A stretch of DNA of 64,000 bases from Carpediemonas membranifera BICM (Eukaryota > Protista > Fornicata): NCBI GenBank assembly GCA_019828565.1, contig JAHDYR010000007.1, positions 79,507-143,506 on the forward strand, written 5' to 3'. Under the pieces are notes generated by a model, which did no database searches, was not told the DNA's origin, and saw nothing but the letters and a program-made list of their open reading frames with translations. Both the position numbers and the translations under genes were made by a program. Shown one piece after another: positions 24,941-35,824 of the stretch (positions are counted from its first letter, which is position 1; every line of letters starts with the position of its first letter).

Positions 24941-26248
24941 TTACTCCTCCGCGGGCTCCTCTTCAGCCTTCTGGGCAGCCTCCTCCTCGGCGGCCTTGCG
25001 AGCGGCCTCCTCCTCAGCGAGACGAGCAGCCTCCTCCTCAGCGGCCTTGCGAGCGGCCTCCTCCTCAGCGAGACGAGCAGCCTCCTCCTCAGCGGCCTTG
25101 CGAGCGGCTTCCTCCTCAGCAGCCTTGCGGGCAGCCTCCTCCTCAGCGAGACGAGCAGCCTCCTCCTCAGCGGCCTTGCGGGCAGCCTCCTCCTCAGCGA
25201 GACGAGCAGCCTCCTCCTCAGCGGCCTTGCGAGCGGCTTCCTCCTCAGCAGCCTTGCGGGCAGCCTCCTCCTCAGCGAGACGAGCAGCCTCCTCCTCAGC
25301 GGCCTTGCGAGCGGCCTCCTCCTCAGCGAGACGAGCAGCCTCCTCCTCAGCGGCCTTGCGAGCGGCTTCCTCCTCAGCAGCCTTGCGAGCGGCTTCCTCC
25401 TCAGCAGCCTTGCGGGCAGCCTCCTCCTCAGCGAGACGAGCAGCCTCCTCCTCAGCGGCCTTGCGAGCGGCCTCCTCCTCAGCGAGACGAGCAGCCTCCT
25501 CCTCAGCGGCCTTGCGAGCGGCTTCCTCCTCAGCGAGACGAGCGGCTTCCTCCTCAGCGGCCTTGCGAGCGGCTTCCTCCTCAGCAGCCTTGCGGGCAGC
25601 CTCCTCCTCAGCGAGACGAGCAGCCTCCTCCTCAGCGGCCTTGCGAGCGGCCTCCTCCTCAGCGAGACGAGCAGCCTCCTCCTCAGCGGCCTTGCGAGCG
25701 GCTTCCTCCTCGGCGAGACGAGCAGCCTCCTCCTCAGCAGCCTTGCGGGCAGCCTCCTCCTCAGCGGCCTTGCGAGCGGCTTCCTCCTCAGCGGCCTTGC
25801 GAGCGGCTTCCTCCTCAGCGAGACGAGCGGCTTCCTCCTCAGCAGCCTTGCGAGCGGCTTCCTCCTCAGCGGCCTTGCGAGCGGCTTCCTCCTCAGCGAG
25901 ACGAGCGGCTTCCTCCTCAGCAGCCTTGCGGGCAGCCTCCTCTTCGGCGGCCTTCTGGGCGGTCTCGTCCTTGTTCTCGGAAGCCTCGGGCTCAACGGGG
26001 ATATCGACAATAGCGTCCTTGTCCTCATGAGCAGCAGGCTCGGGGGTAGCAGGCTCACGAGCAACCTCCTCCTCCTCCTTGAGCTCACCGGCAACAACGG
26101 GGGTGCGCTGGGAAGACGGAGAACGAGGGTCTATCGCGGAGTAATCAGCAACAACGTGCGCAGGGATGGCAGCATTGGCCATCTTGGCGGTCTCATCCTT
26201 AGGCGCATCAGCAACAATAGTCTTTTGCTTCGAAGAGCTCCCTCCCAT
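24941..26248 (-). CDS. Probably N-myristoylated Ala/Glu-rich repeat protein
   Basis: MGGSSSK start; long array of AAEEEAARK / AEEEAARL units. Confidence 0.8.
   Translation of the reverse strand: MGGSSSKQKTIVADAPKDETAKMANAAIPAHVVADYSAIDPRSPSSQRTPVVAGELKEEEEVAREPATPEPAAHEDKDAIVDIPVEPEASENKDETAQKAAEEEAARKAAEEEAARLAEEEAARKAAEEEAARKAAEEEAARLAEEEAARKAAEEEAARKAAEEEAARKAAEEEAARLAEEEAARKAAEEEAARLAEEEAARKAAEEEAARLAEEEAARKAAEEEAARKAAEEEAARLAEEEAARKAAEEEAARLAEEEAARKAAEEEAARLAEEEAARKAAEEEAARKAAEEEAARKAAEEEAARLAEEEAARKAAEEEAARLAEEEAARKAAEEEAARKAAEEEAARLAEEEAARKAAEEEAARLAEEEAARKAAEEEAARKAAEEEAARLAEEEAARKAAEEEAARLAEEEAARKAAEEEAAQKAEEEPAEE
24965..25960. repeat. Coding tandem repeat of mixed 27-bp and 24-bp units
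   Basis: Units such as cctcctcagcggccttgcgagcgg and cctcctcagcgagacgagcag recur with synonymous variants. Confidence 0.95.
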
Positions 26249-26485
26249 CGCGTTAAATAGTGATCTTGACAGCGCTGCAGGAAAAAACATGATTGTCTGT
26301 AGAAAAAATGATCGACCCAAAATACCTCTCCAGACGGCGATTGGTCCATCGATGGTGAGCATGTGACTCAGAATATCTATCATATCCCCGAGTTGAGCTC
26401 TGCTGCACTCAAGACACAGTCGCCTTCCCAATCGCTCAAGGGTTAAGGAATTTAGCTATAAAACGTTACCACGGCAAAACCTGCC

Positions 26486-28486
26486 TTAGAATGCAGAACC
26501 CTTGATATACACATCCCCTGGGGCCTGCTCCATGAAGCCCATGTCTATCAGTCGGGCCGTGATCAGCTGCTGGTTGGCCACGAGAAGTCCGAAACTGATC
26601 GTGATCTGACGGAGGCTGATGTTCACGGAGACCTCACTGACACCAGGTACGGACAGCAGGCCGGCTTCTAGTTGCTGTGCGCACATCTCGCATTTGATTC
26701 TCTCCACATAAACTACGATCTTCTTCGAGTCTGTCTGGAAGATGCTATCGCCAGCCAAGGCGGGCAGAGAGGCGCTGACTGGGCCTATCACAGGAGCCTT
26801 GAGCGTCGCAACAGGACCGGGCGGGGTGGGCGGCCGCATCGTCGGTGGTGGGGGCGCCTCTGCTCCAAAGTCTGGGGGCGGCGTGGGGGGTCTCTCGGCG
26901 GGGAGATCAAGCTCCTCCTCCACCTCTGCCTCAGGCTCCCGGTGCTCTTTTGGCTTCTCATGTGCCTGCCTCTCAGGCTCCATCACAGGGTCGGACGACT
27001 GACGCGACTCGGGCACAGCCCCGTCGTCCGGCTCCGGTACTTCATCACCCATCCCCAGAGAATCCCCGGTCTCGGGCTCCACAGAATCGGCCACGCTGTC
27101 ATGGTCCCCATTGTAATCCTGATGCTCTTCCTGCTGCTCATCATGGGCTGGTAGTGGCTCCACGACTGTCTCCTCCTCGGGCTCCTCGGGTACAGAGGAC
27201 TCATCATCATCAGACTCACCCTCGGACTCACCCCCCAGACCATGGTCGGGCTCCTCTGGGGGTGATGCTGGCTCGGGAGATGGGGGCTCCTCGGACTCAA
27301 GGCCGACTTCAGCATTTGGGTCAACTTCAACTTCAACAGTTGCATCAGCTCCAACTGCTGACTCGAACTCAACCTGAACGTCGGCTTCAACATCAGCCTC
27401 GGATTCTACCTCCACGTCAACCTCAGACGCCTGCTCCTCGGGCTCGGACTGTGCCTCCTCCTCGTAGTCGGGTTGCCCGTCTTCCTCCATTTCACTGGCC
27501 TCCTCCTCCTCAGCACTCGACTCCACTTCTCCAATCATCAGCGGGGCATCAGCGGCAAAGGGGTCGTCGCGGACCATAGTGTCATACTCCACTGAACCAG
27601 GGTCGGTGTCAGTCATGTGCTCGGCCTGTGCGGCCTCGTCGTCGGCAACAACATGGTCGAGCAACGACCCGGACTCGGGCGACTCGGGCTCCTCCTCTTG
27701 AGGCTGGCCGGGTTCTTCGTCTTGAAGGCTGAGTTCAGTCGGCTCGGCCTCATCCTCCGGCTCATCGGGCATCACTGGCTCTGGTGCACTCTCAACTTGC
27801 TGGGGCGACTCGGGCTCAGGGTCAGGAACTGTCCTCTCCTCCGGCAGCTCCACCTCGCTCTCCTCCTGGGCTTCCTCGTCCTCACTGACAGCGGCGTCGC
27901 CGTCGCCGCCCATGTCTGCAAACGGATCATCGTTAAATGGCCCGACCTCCAGGGGGATGTCGATATCTTCATCCTCATCTGGACTATCTTCCTCCACCGC
28001 CTCAGCCTCCTTCTCTTCGGCCTTCGATGACGCTGACCCTTCCAGCTGGAAGAGCATTTGGAGCAAATACACCCAGCCAGTATAGGTGTCCTGGTCGGGC
28101 ATCAAAATCGGGTACACACGCTTCTTCTTCTGCTCCTGGATGCCAAACATGAAGGCAGAATCGAGGTCCTTGTTGTGCTTCTTGGCCATCGCGAGAACAT
28201 CGTCGGGAAGCTGGTGGTTCGGGAGAAATACAGAGTCTTTCAGACTGATGCAGCCCTTTGATACGCTCTTAGAGTAGTCCTTGCTCTTGGTAATTGGGAA
28301 ATAGTACACAGCGTCCTTCGTTAGAACGAAGAAGCGAGCTTTCCAGCTACTGTAGTTGGCGTCGGCCTTTCTGCCTTCGCCACTAAGCATGATACCTTCT
28401 ATTTCGCTGAACTTAAAGCTTGTCTTCGGCATTGAGGCTTCGCTTGGCTTAGTCCAAGCCGGACGGATGTTGTCTGACGACTTCAT
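26486..28486 (-). CDS. PH-domain protein with long acidic/Pro-rich linker and C-terminal HMA domain
   Basis: PH: SWKARFFVL..VYYF..KGCISL..W; HMA: VERIKCEMCAQQLEAGLLSVPGVSEVSVNI. Confidence 0.8.
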   Translation of the reverse strand: MKSSDNIRPAWTKPSEASMPKTSFKFSEIEGIMLSGEGRKADANYSSWKARFFVLTKDAVYYFPITKSKDYSKSVSKGCISLKDSVFLPNHQLPDDVLAMAKKHNKDLDSAFMFGIQEQKKKRVYPILMPDQDTYTGWVYLLQMLFQLEGSASSKAEEKEAEAVEEDSPDEDEDIDIPLEVGPFNDDPFADMGGDGDAAVSEDEEAQEESEVELPEERTVPDPEPESPQQVESAPEPVMPDEPEDEAEPTELSLQDEEPGQPQEEEPESPESGSLLDHVVADDEAAQAEHMTDTDPGSVEYDTMVRDDPFAADAPLMIGEVESSAEEEEASEMEEDGQPDYEEEAQSEPEEQASEVDVEVESEADVEADVQVEFESAVGADATVEVEVDPNAEVGLESEEPPSPEPASPPEEPDHGLGGESEGESDDDESSVPEEPEEETVVEPLPAHDEQQEEHQDYNGDHDSVADSVEPETGDSLGMGDEVPEPDDGAVPESRQSSDPVMEPERQAHEKPKEHREPEAEVEEELDLPAERPPTPPPDFGAEAPPPPTMRPPTPPGPVATLKAPVIGPVSASLPALAGDSIFQTDSKKIVVYVERIKCEMCAQQLEAGLLSVPGVSEVSVNISLRQITISFGLLVANQQLITARLIDMGFMEQAPGDVYIKGSAF

Positions 28487-28613
28487 GCCGACTCCACGGG
28501 AAGCAAGATATGCTCATCGGGGAGGTAGCAGGACACGCTGTAGTGCCCAGCAGGTCATCTACATGGTCGGCTAATGATGTGCAGTTTATGGCAGAAAGCA
28601 ACCCAAAGAATCG

Positions 28614-30833
28614 ATGAGTTCTGTGAGAGTCGTTCTTCGTCTGCGTCCGAGAGAGGACGGGGAAGAAAACGATATGTTCCAGTTCGCATCAGCAGCTGGC
28701 GGCCAGCTGGTCACGATTCGCTCTGCCGATAACGATGAACGCGAATTCTTCGTCGATGACGGCCTTCCAGCACGTACCACGCAGCATGAAGTGTTCAATT
28801 CTGTCGCCAAACCACTAGTCGACAAGGTATTTGAAGGCTTCAATGCTAGTTGCGTCGCATACGGCCAAACAGGCGCCGGTATGTAACTTTTGTCCAATTT
28901 CTCACCCTTAGTGGGATATGCGGCACTTCTACGCACTCACACAGGCAAGACGTACACTATGGTTGGCGAGTCAGAGCAGACGAACGGCATTGTGCCCCGT
29001 GTTGCCGAGTATCTTTATAACCTTATCGAATCCGACCAGACTATGGAGACGACCGTCTTCGTATCCTTCCTCGAAGTTTACCTCGACCAGGTCTTCGACC
29101 TCCTTGGGGAGATGGGTGGTCGTGCAACCGCGAAGCAAGTATTCCCTGGTTCCCGGCGCCGGGCGTCTGACTTCAACCGCGACACCAAGCTAGAGATCCA
29201 CGAGGACGTCAGCGGTCTTGTGTATGTGAGAGATCTCACCATGGTGACCGCATCATCCGCTCAAGAGATGCTGAAGCTCATGCATAAGGGCATGAGCAAG
29301 AGAGCGACGTTTGGCACCAACATGAACGATCGATCGTCCAGATCTCACACGATCTTCTCCGTATCCCTTGTCCGTAAGTCGGCCACTGATCCGGATGAGG
29401 CCACGACCTCCGTACTCAACCTGGTCGACCTGGCTGGGTCAGAGCGGCTCTCCAAGTCAGGTTCTGAGGGCCTCAGGCAGCGTGAGGCTCAGAGCATCAA
29501 CCGGTCGCTCTCCGCCCTGGGCAACACTGTCGTCGCCCTGGCAAGGGGTGACTCTCACATCCCTTACCGTGACTCGAAGCTGACTCGTCTCCTGCAGGAT
29601 TCCCTCGGCGGGAACTCCTACACCTCTCTGATAGCTACACTCAACCCCACTCCAAGACACTACGAGGAGTGCCTGGCCACTGTCATGTTTGCTCATCGGT
29701 GTCGGAACGTCAAGAACACACCCACTGTGAATTATCTGGACGTTTCAGCCAAACAGATGGAGCAGCGGATCAAGAAGCTTCAGGAGGAGGTCGCCGATCT
29801 TAGATCCAAGCTTGCTGACAGAGACAGAACGATCGAGATGCTCCGAGGCAAGGGTGGCGAGTACGCCGACGACGGTATTGGATTGGGCGGCAGTGCTGCG
29901 GCTGGCGGTGCTTTTGGTAGACGCACGGCTGACGATCTGAAGCTACTGGAGGTCACGAAGAGCAACAACATGCACCTTAAGGAGAAGCTGGAGCGAAGGA
30001 AGGGCGAGTTCGAACTCATCCAGAACCGACTCAAGGATGAACGTCGGTCGGCCCGGCTGGACATGGAGCGTCAGAAAAAGAAGATTCTGGACCTGATGAA
30101 TGAGAGTAGAGTGGGGAAGCACGATCTCGTACGGGCAATGAATGAGCACATCAGACGCCACGAGGACGAGCTCAACGCCGTCATTGCCCACAACAAGGCC
30201 CTCCTCGAGGAATATCACCGCATGATGGAGTCGATTCCCCTTAACCTGCGGAGACTTTGGGACGGAGCTGCGGAGGCGGATAGTAACACGCTGTCGGAGG
30301 TGCAGCAGATAGAGATGATGTGTGCTGAGCAGATCAGGCTTGGACAGGTAGGTCATGCCACGGAGCTCGAGGACACACGTCTCAAGTATGAATTCGTCCT
30401 CGACAAGAAGCAAGACGAGCTCGACAAGTTCGTCGCTGAGTACAAGCAGTTCGCCCAGCAGCAGACCGCCAAGTTCACTGAGATGGCCGGATGTGCCGTA
30501 TACTTCGCCAAGAGCACGTCGCAGTTTAGAACCCTTCTGTGCGAGGTGGCCGAGGGGAAACACCCGGCCTCCGACTTCATGGGGCGACGGGCGGTGAGGG
30601 TCAACCCGGACGCCATCCCGGCGTTCCCAGACAAGAGGATGCAGGACTTGCTGGCCCAAGCCAAGGCCGTAGTACATCCCGTTGAGAGTGACCCGAGGCT
30701 GACGGGACGGAGAGTCAGCTCGGCTCAGAACGCCTTGAGGGGGATGCAACTCCAGCAGAGGCCGGCGACCTCCTACATTCGGACCCGTAACCCAGTCGAT
30801 CGGACCATGAGTCTCGATCATTTGGTCGGATGA
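28614..30833 (+). CDS. Kinesin motor protein with coiled-coil tail; intron 28879-28944
   Basis: YGQTGAGKTYTM after splicing, NDRSSRSH, LVDLAGSER, HIPYRDSKLTRLLQDSLGG. Confidence 0.95.
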
Positions 30834-30977
30834 TGGAGGGCTGTAATATAAAGATATACGGGTTATGTCGTGGGCAGGGTGTTGTGGTGTGGCTGGGCCT
30901 CTCTGCTATCACGTCTCTCGGGGGGGTTGAGGAGTGATTTCGCAATTTTCGACGAGAGCACTCAAGAGGCAAAACCG

Positions 30978-32072
30978 ATGAGTTACGCCTATAGCGAGGG
31001 ATTTAACGACTATGAGCGTAACACAGAGTCCCAAGTGGACGATTTCCTCACCCGCTGCTCGCATTTTCTCGGCGTCGGAGAGAAGGCCTCTGCTTCTGCG
31101 ATTCCTCACTCCCAGTCATATTTCGCTCTCAAAAGCACAGCTTCGCCTGGAAAAGCACGGACAAGGGATCCATTGAGTGCAAAATCGCCCCGCCACCTCG
31201 ATATTCCCAGTGTGAAACGGCACCAACCAATGCTTGGATCGGTCGCCACTCCCGAAAGCCCTGCATCCGTATGTGGGTCTGAAGGGCGCATCTCCATCAT
31301 GCCACCGAAGTCTGCGCGTACCGTGCGCCGTGCCTGCTCAGCGGCTGGGGGTTCACCGCAGCAGTTTAAAGCGTCACCACGCACAGCCATGGATCGACTC
31401 CCGACGTCCTCGATGGCATTCACACCCACTACGATTCACTCTGCCCGTCGCTTTGGTGAATCTCCCCGGCCCCGTCCCCGCATGGCCTCTCCCACGCGAG
31501 CAAATGAAGACGTCGAAACGAGGCAAGGGATGCTAGCGTCGGCACATCGAACACAGTCATCGCCGTTGTTTAAGAAGAGTGAGCTGGAGACGTTTGATAG
31601 GATGGCCGAGACCCAGCTCGCTGAGGCCCGTGAGCGTGATCTCGAGGAGGCCGAAGAGGTCGCGTCGTCAGCCCAAGATGACGTTAACATCGCCAAGGAG
31701 TACAGCGATGACGTAGCCAACCGTGCTGATGACATCCTGGCCCGCCTCCGTGCCATCTGGTCCGGCTTTGAGGCACGGGTTGGTCAAGACGGCGAGGCAC
31801 CGCCAGCTGACAACAGTGAACGGCCGCCACACTCGGAAGAGGACTGTATCGAGCGTATGCTGGTGGTACCTGAGGTGCTTGGCGATGTTGACGTGCTTGT
31901 TGACGAGATCCTTGTTGGTTTCGACACAGAGGCGGCCTATAGAGCAAGGGGGGCACGGATCAAGGCCGGCAGGAAGCTTGCTGTGAAAGAGAAGCCTGTG
32001 AAGAAACCCGATCAACCCATCGATGCTTATATCGAGAGGATCAAGGTTTTGGAGGCCAGGGCCGGGCATTAG
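30978..32072 (+). CDS. Hypothetical Ser/Pro-rich protein
   Basis: Long ORF with many SP/TP sites and a short coiled-coil; no domain recognised. Confidence 0.6.
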   Translation: MSYAYSEGFNDYERNTESQVDDFLTRCSHFLGVGEKASASAIPHSQSYFALKSTASPGKARTRDPLSAKSPRHLDIPSVKRHQPMLGSVATPESPASVCGSEGRISIMPPKSARTVRRACSAAGGSPQQFKASPRTAMDRLPTSSMAFTPTTIHSARRFGESPRPRPRMASPTRANEDVETRQGMLASAHRTQSSPLFKKSELETFDRMAETQLAEARERDLEEAEEVASSAQDDVNIAKEYSDDVANRADDILARLRAIWSGFEARVGQDGEAPPADNSERPPHSEEDCIERMLVVPEVLGDVDVLVDEILVGFDTEAAYRARGARIKAGRKLAVKEKPVKKPDQPIDAYIERIKVLEARAGH

Positions 32073-32190
32073 CGGTTCTTCACTTGTACTTTGTCGTTGT
32101 ATACATGTGTACATGGTATACTCGTAGATCTCTGTAAATGACAGGAGTCTGTGGGGGTGGTGCGAGTGGGGGCTACAATTCCACATATTT

Positions 32191-32334
32191 TGTGCCACGC
32201 AGGATAAGAATGCTTAAGTCCAAAACACACAGTGATCCAAGCAGCATCAGGATCGCAGTGTGGTTCATCATACTCTATCAATCGTGCGCAGCATATCACG
32301 CGTGCTGCAGCGCGTGCTTGCTCAACTTAGCAAG
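32191..32334 (-). ncRNA. Putative Fanzor omegaRNA scaffold, copy 2
   Basis: Directly follows the RuvC-III stop; hairpins CTTGCT/AGCAAG, CACGCG/CGCGTG, GCAGCA/TGCTGC, CACAC-GATCC/GGATC-GTGTG; near-identical to 33902-34045. Confidence 0.55.
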
Positions 32335-32769
32335 TTAATGATAGCGAGGAAGAGCACCTCTCTGGGTGCCGTAATGGAAAGGAGATAGCCCTATCTGATC
32401 TGGAGTGGCGTCGAAGGTACACCAATGGATGTTCTCGCTGGCGCTCTTATCTCGGTGAGAGAGATTGAGAAGCATGTCTCTCTGCTCGGGATGCCGACTT
32501 AGCCGTTTATCGCGCCATGGAGCTCCCTCGCACGCGGGATTCTGGCAGAGCATGGTGCGGTGTGCACCACACGTCTGAAGTGTGCTTTGCAGTATGGGCA
32601 CACGATGGAAGTGCGGAATTCCGAGACCATGGCAACAGTCACGACGACGTTGTGCCGGAGCATGATGCCTGGTAGAGCTCGAGCAAAGTGGCGGTACGGA
32701 GCACACGAGGGAGTGCCGGCGGAACCGAACAGTGCAGCCCCATACGCCACTTTGAGGTGAATGGGCTCC
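32335..32769 (-). pseudogene. 5'-truncated duplicate of the Fanzor1 C-terminus (RuvC-II, Zn finger, RuvC-III)
   Basis: Matches 34046-34480 (offset 1711), including the same frameshift. Confidence 0.85.
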
Positions 32770-33050
32770 GTTCTTCTGGTCAGAAATGCTACATCTGACA
32801 AAACATAAAACATCCCTGCCCGCATGATCGCCCTTACCATGGCTGATGCCCTCATGTCCGCTACCCTGTTGGTGTATGACAAGAGGTGCGCCAAGCTGGG
32901 ACTGTTCAACCCGCTGGAGCTCCTCCCGGCAGGGCTGTCGGCATAAGCCAGTAATTTACGTGATTAATGGAAAATCACAAAATGCACGGATGTGCCACAG
33001 AACTCGTGCTTGCAAAGACAACGACTATGTACAGAAGTTTACTCTTATGA

Positions 33051-33464
33051 TTAATCCCGATTGTGGATCATGGCGAGAATCCTGCCAGGCAGCTCTTCGA
33101 TAGTGGTGTTGAGCTGGCGAATGTCGCCATGAACCTCAGCAAATTGGCCATGAACCTCAGCAAATTGGCCATGAACCTCAGCAAATTGGCCACGAACCTC
33201 ATCCTGGAAAGCACGGAAGTCTCTCCAGGTCACATAGCTGTCATCCTCGTGTTGCATGCCGTTTTCTGCCATATTTTCTTCCATATTCTGCTCGGGAACG
33301 CGTTGTTCTGGCATGCGACGGAGATCCACCTCATCTTGAGGCCTGTGGAAACCGTTCACAGCGGCATGGCGGAGCTCGGGGTTGCCATCATCATCGCGGG
33401 GCTCGGGGTTCCTCGGGGTTGATGGCATGGTAAATATCGTAAATGTCTGTGTGTTGTTGGCCAC
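33051..33464 (-). CDS. Small coiled-coil protein with a 21-bp (heptad) tandem repeat GQFAEVH
   Basis: YVTWRDFRAFQDEVRGQFAEVHGQFAEVHGQFAEVHGDIRQL; DNA repeat at 33126-33201. Confidence 0.55.
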   Translation of the reverse strand: MANNTQTFTIFTMPSTPRNPEPRDDDGNPELRHAAVNGFHRPQDEVDLRRMPEQRVPEQNMEENMAENGMQHEDDSYVTWRDFRAFQDEVRGQFAEVHGQFAEVHGQFAEVHGDIRQLNTTIEELPGRILAMIHNRD

Positions 33465-33901
33465 TTTGAGGCTGAAGGCTGCGAACGGATGCCAACTGCA
33501 TCCCTTCTAACCCTGCTTGCAGGTACAACCAATGGGGGGAAAACATTTACGTATTTTACCAGTTTACTGGTGGTTTGGTCTCAAACGTGTCTCAAATGTT
33601 CGCCCGGCTTGGGTACGAGCCGAGCAGTGCTGGCTCGCACGAAGGTTTGCGCTGTTCAAGCTTCCTTGACTTGGCGACTCCGCGCCAAAATCGACCAAAC
33701 GAATTTTGTGTCCACGCTCCCCGCGCCGGAGTCGCGTCGGCGCATCTACGCGCCCTCCCACTCGCAGAGTGCTCCTCGTTGTGGTGGTCCCACAGGGCAA
33801 GACACTCAAGCAAACGATGGACCGTTTACAGAAGAATTTATGTGAGTTTACATAAACTGCACTGACTCTGAGGTCTAAGACTATTGCACTCGTTATTCTG
33901 A

Positions 33902-34045
33902 TGTGCCGCGGAGGATTAGAATTATTGAGTTCAAAGCACACGGTGATCCAAGCAGAATCAGGATCGCAGTGTGGTTCATCATATTCTATCAATCGTGCGC
34001 AGCATATCACGCGTGCTGCAGCGCGTGCTTGCTCAACTTAGCAAG
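33902..34045 (-). ncRNA. Putative Fanzor omegaRNA scaffold, copy 1
   Basis: Structured non-coding segment immediately 3' of the Fanzor stop; conservation with copy 2 ends abruptly at ...GGCACA. Confidence 0.6.
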
Positions 34046-35743
34046 TTAATGATAGCGAGGAAGAGCACCTCTCTGGGTGCCGTAATGGAAAGGAGATAGC
34101 CCTATCTGATCTGGAGTGGCGTCGAAGGTACACCAATGGATGTTCTCGCTGGCGCTCTTATCTCGGTGAGAGAGATTGAGAAGCATGTCTCTCTGCTCGG
34201 GATGCCGACTTAGCCGTTTATCGCGCCATGGAGCTCCCTCGCACGCGGGATTCTGGCAGAGCATGGTGCGGTGTGCACCACACGTCTGAAGTGTGCTTTG
34301 CAGTATGGGCACACGATGGAAGTGCGGAATTCCGAGACCATGGCAACAGTCACGACGACGTTGTGCCGGAGCATGATGCCTGGTAGAGCTCGAGCAAAGT
34401 GGCGGTACGGAGCACACGAGGGAGTGCCGGCGGAACCGAACAGTGCAGCCCCATACGCCACTTTGAGGTGAATGGGCTCCTGGGGGCGCCCGCCGAGATC
34501 ATCCAGGAGTTGACGTCCAGCCCGGGCGAAGTGCTTCAGGCGCAGACAGTGATTGGCAAATGTCGCACGGCGGAAACACTTTCTCGTCCCCTCGTTGATG
34601 ATCTGAACGATGTTCTCATGGACAAACCTAATCGACTGTTTGAGAGCCTCTAGACTTGTCGTTTTGAACGATGCTGCGCTCATATTCACGCGGAAAGAGG
34701 GGGTGGCAGTGTAGCCACACTTAGCGAGTACGCCAGATAAACTCTGCCCGTCTGGGCCGCGGATCGTGTAGCCGCCCAGCGACCGAGCACCAGGGTCGAA
34801 GCCCATGAGAGCTTGAATGTCCGGGGCAGGAGTAGCCTCGGCGTCATCCTGACCGAGCCGAGCCCGCTTGTTGCTGCTACCCTTTTTGTACGTGGGCCGG
34901 TCAGCCACCCGACCGCCACGGTATTTCTCGCGACCCACCCAAACCGTCACAGCAGCAGAGACCCCGTCAGTCTTCACAAAGAGCACTCTGCGGAGCTTGG
35001 TGATGTCGCCGTGATCACGCTCGTATTCAGCCACCTGCTCGTCGGTCAAATTCTTGGTTGCTGACCAATTCACGTGCACACGCAGGCGCCGCTTCATCGC
35101 TGGGGTGAGCGACATATAATCGTACTCGATGGTCATGAACCCAGGCCTAACCGGTGCCATCGGCACGAACGGAACGAGCTTCGGCTCTGGCAGGGCCTGA
35201 CTGAGCTCGAGGTTCACGGCACGAGTGAGTGTGACCAGCTTGGTTACTGCAGCACTCATGCGCGTACGCACGACAGCACGCCGACAAGGGCCTCGGCCAC
35301 GGTACCAGTGCGACCCACCCGTTGCCCCTCGGGCGATGCATGTATTTGAGGATGATACCTGCCAGGATCGGCGGCTATGGCGGCAACCTCAGTGTCGAGC
35401 TCGCCTAGGGTGTCGAGAAAATCCTGTCGAACACCCGGCCGATCATGGAGGAGCGGACGCACCCGGTCTAATCCAGCACGAAGACGGGTCAGGTACCCGG
35501 GTGACGCGCGCGAGAGCCAGACCCGGGTGGCTGTGGAGTACTCGCCCAACCAACTCTGAAATGGCGCTGCCAAGCATGGGTAGCTATAAGCTGTGACGAA
35601 GTCCTCGACGAGTGGGGTTATGTCAGGGTCCCTCCACATCGCCAGGTCGCCAATCCACCTGCACCGATCCGCTGACTTTGCTTTCGACACCTTTTGCTGC
35701 GCAATGCTGACGATCTGCTTGAGGACCTCCTGGTCGAACAGGT
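34046..35743 (-). pseudogene. Fanzor1 (eukaryotic TnpB-like RNA-guided nuclease), 3' part; frameshifts near 35270 and 34280
   Basis: VKTDGVSA, RuvC-I MGFDPG, VAYGAALF, RuvC-II VSEFRTSIVCPYC, CQNPAC, RuvC-III HRDKSASENI. Confidence 0.88.
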
Positions 35744-35824
35744 TGTAGCTCTTCTAGGATCCTCAATGAACGAATGAACTGCTTTAACCTGCGGGGCAGA
35801 CCCAACTATAAATATCACATTACA
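35744..35824 (-). repeat. 3' LTR of element A (81 bp)
   Basis: Identical to 60047-60127. Confidence 0.95.

Noticed and set aside
24965-25960. Repeat array as CRISPR
   Set aside because: No unique spacers; the units are in-frame codon repeats of one protein.
34254-34282. GT..AG intron that would repair the Fanzor C-terminal frameshift
   Set aside because: It would delete the first Cys of CQNPAC, and the GTGGT donor does not match host donors; a real indel is more likely.
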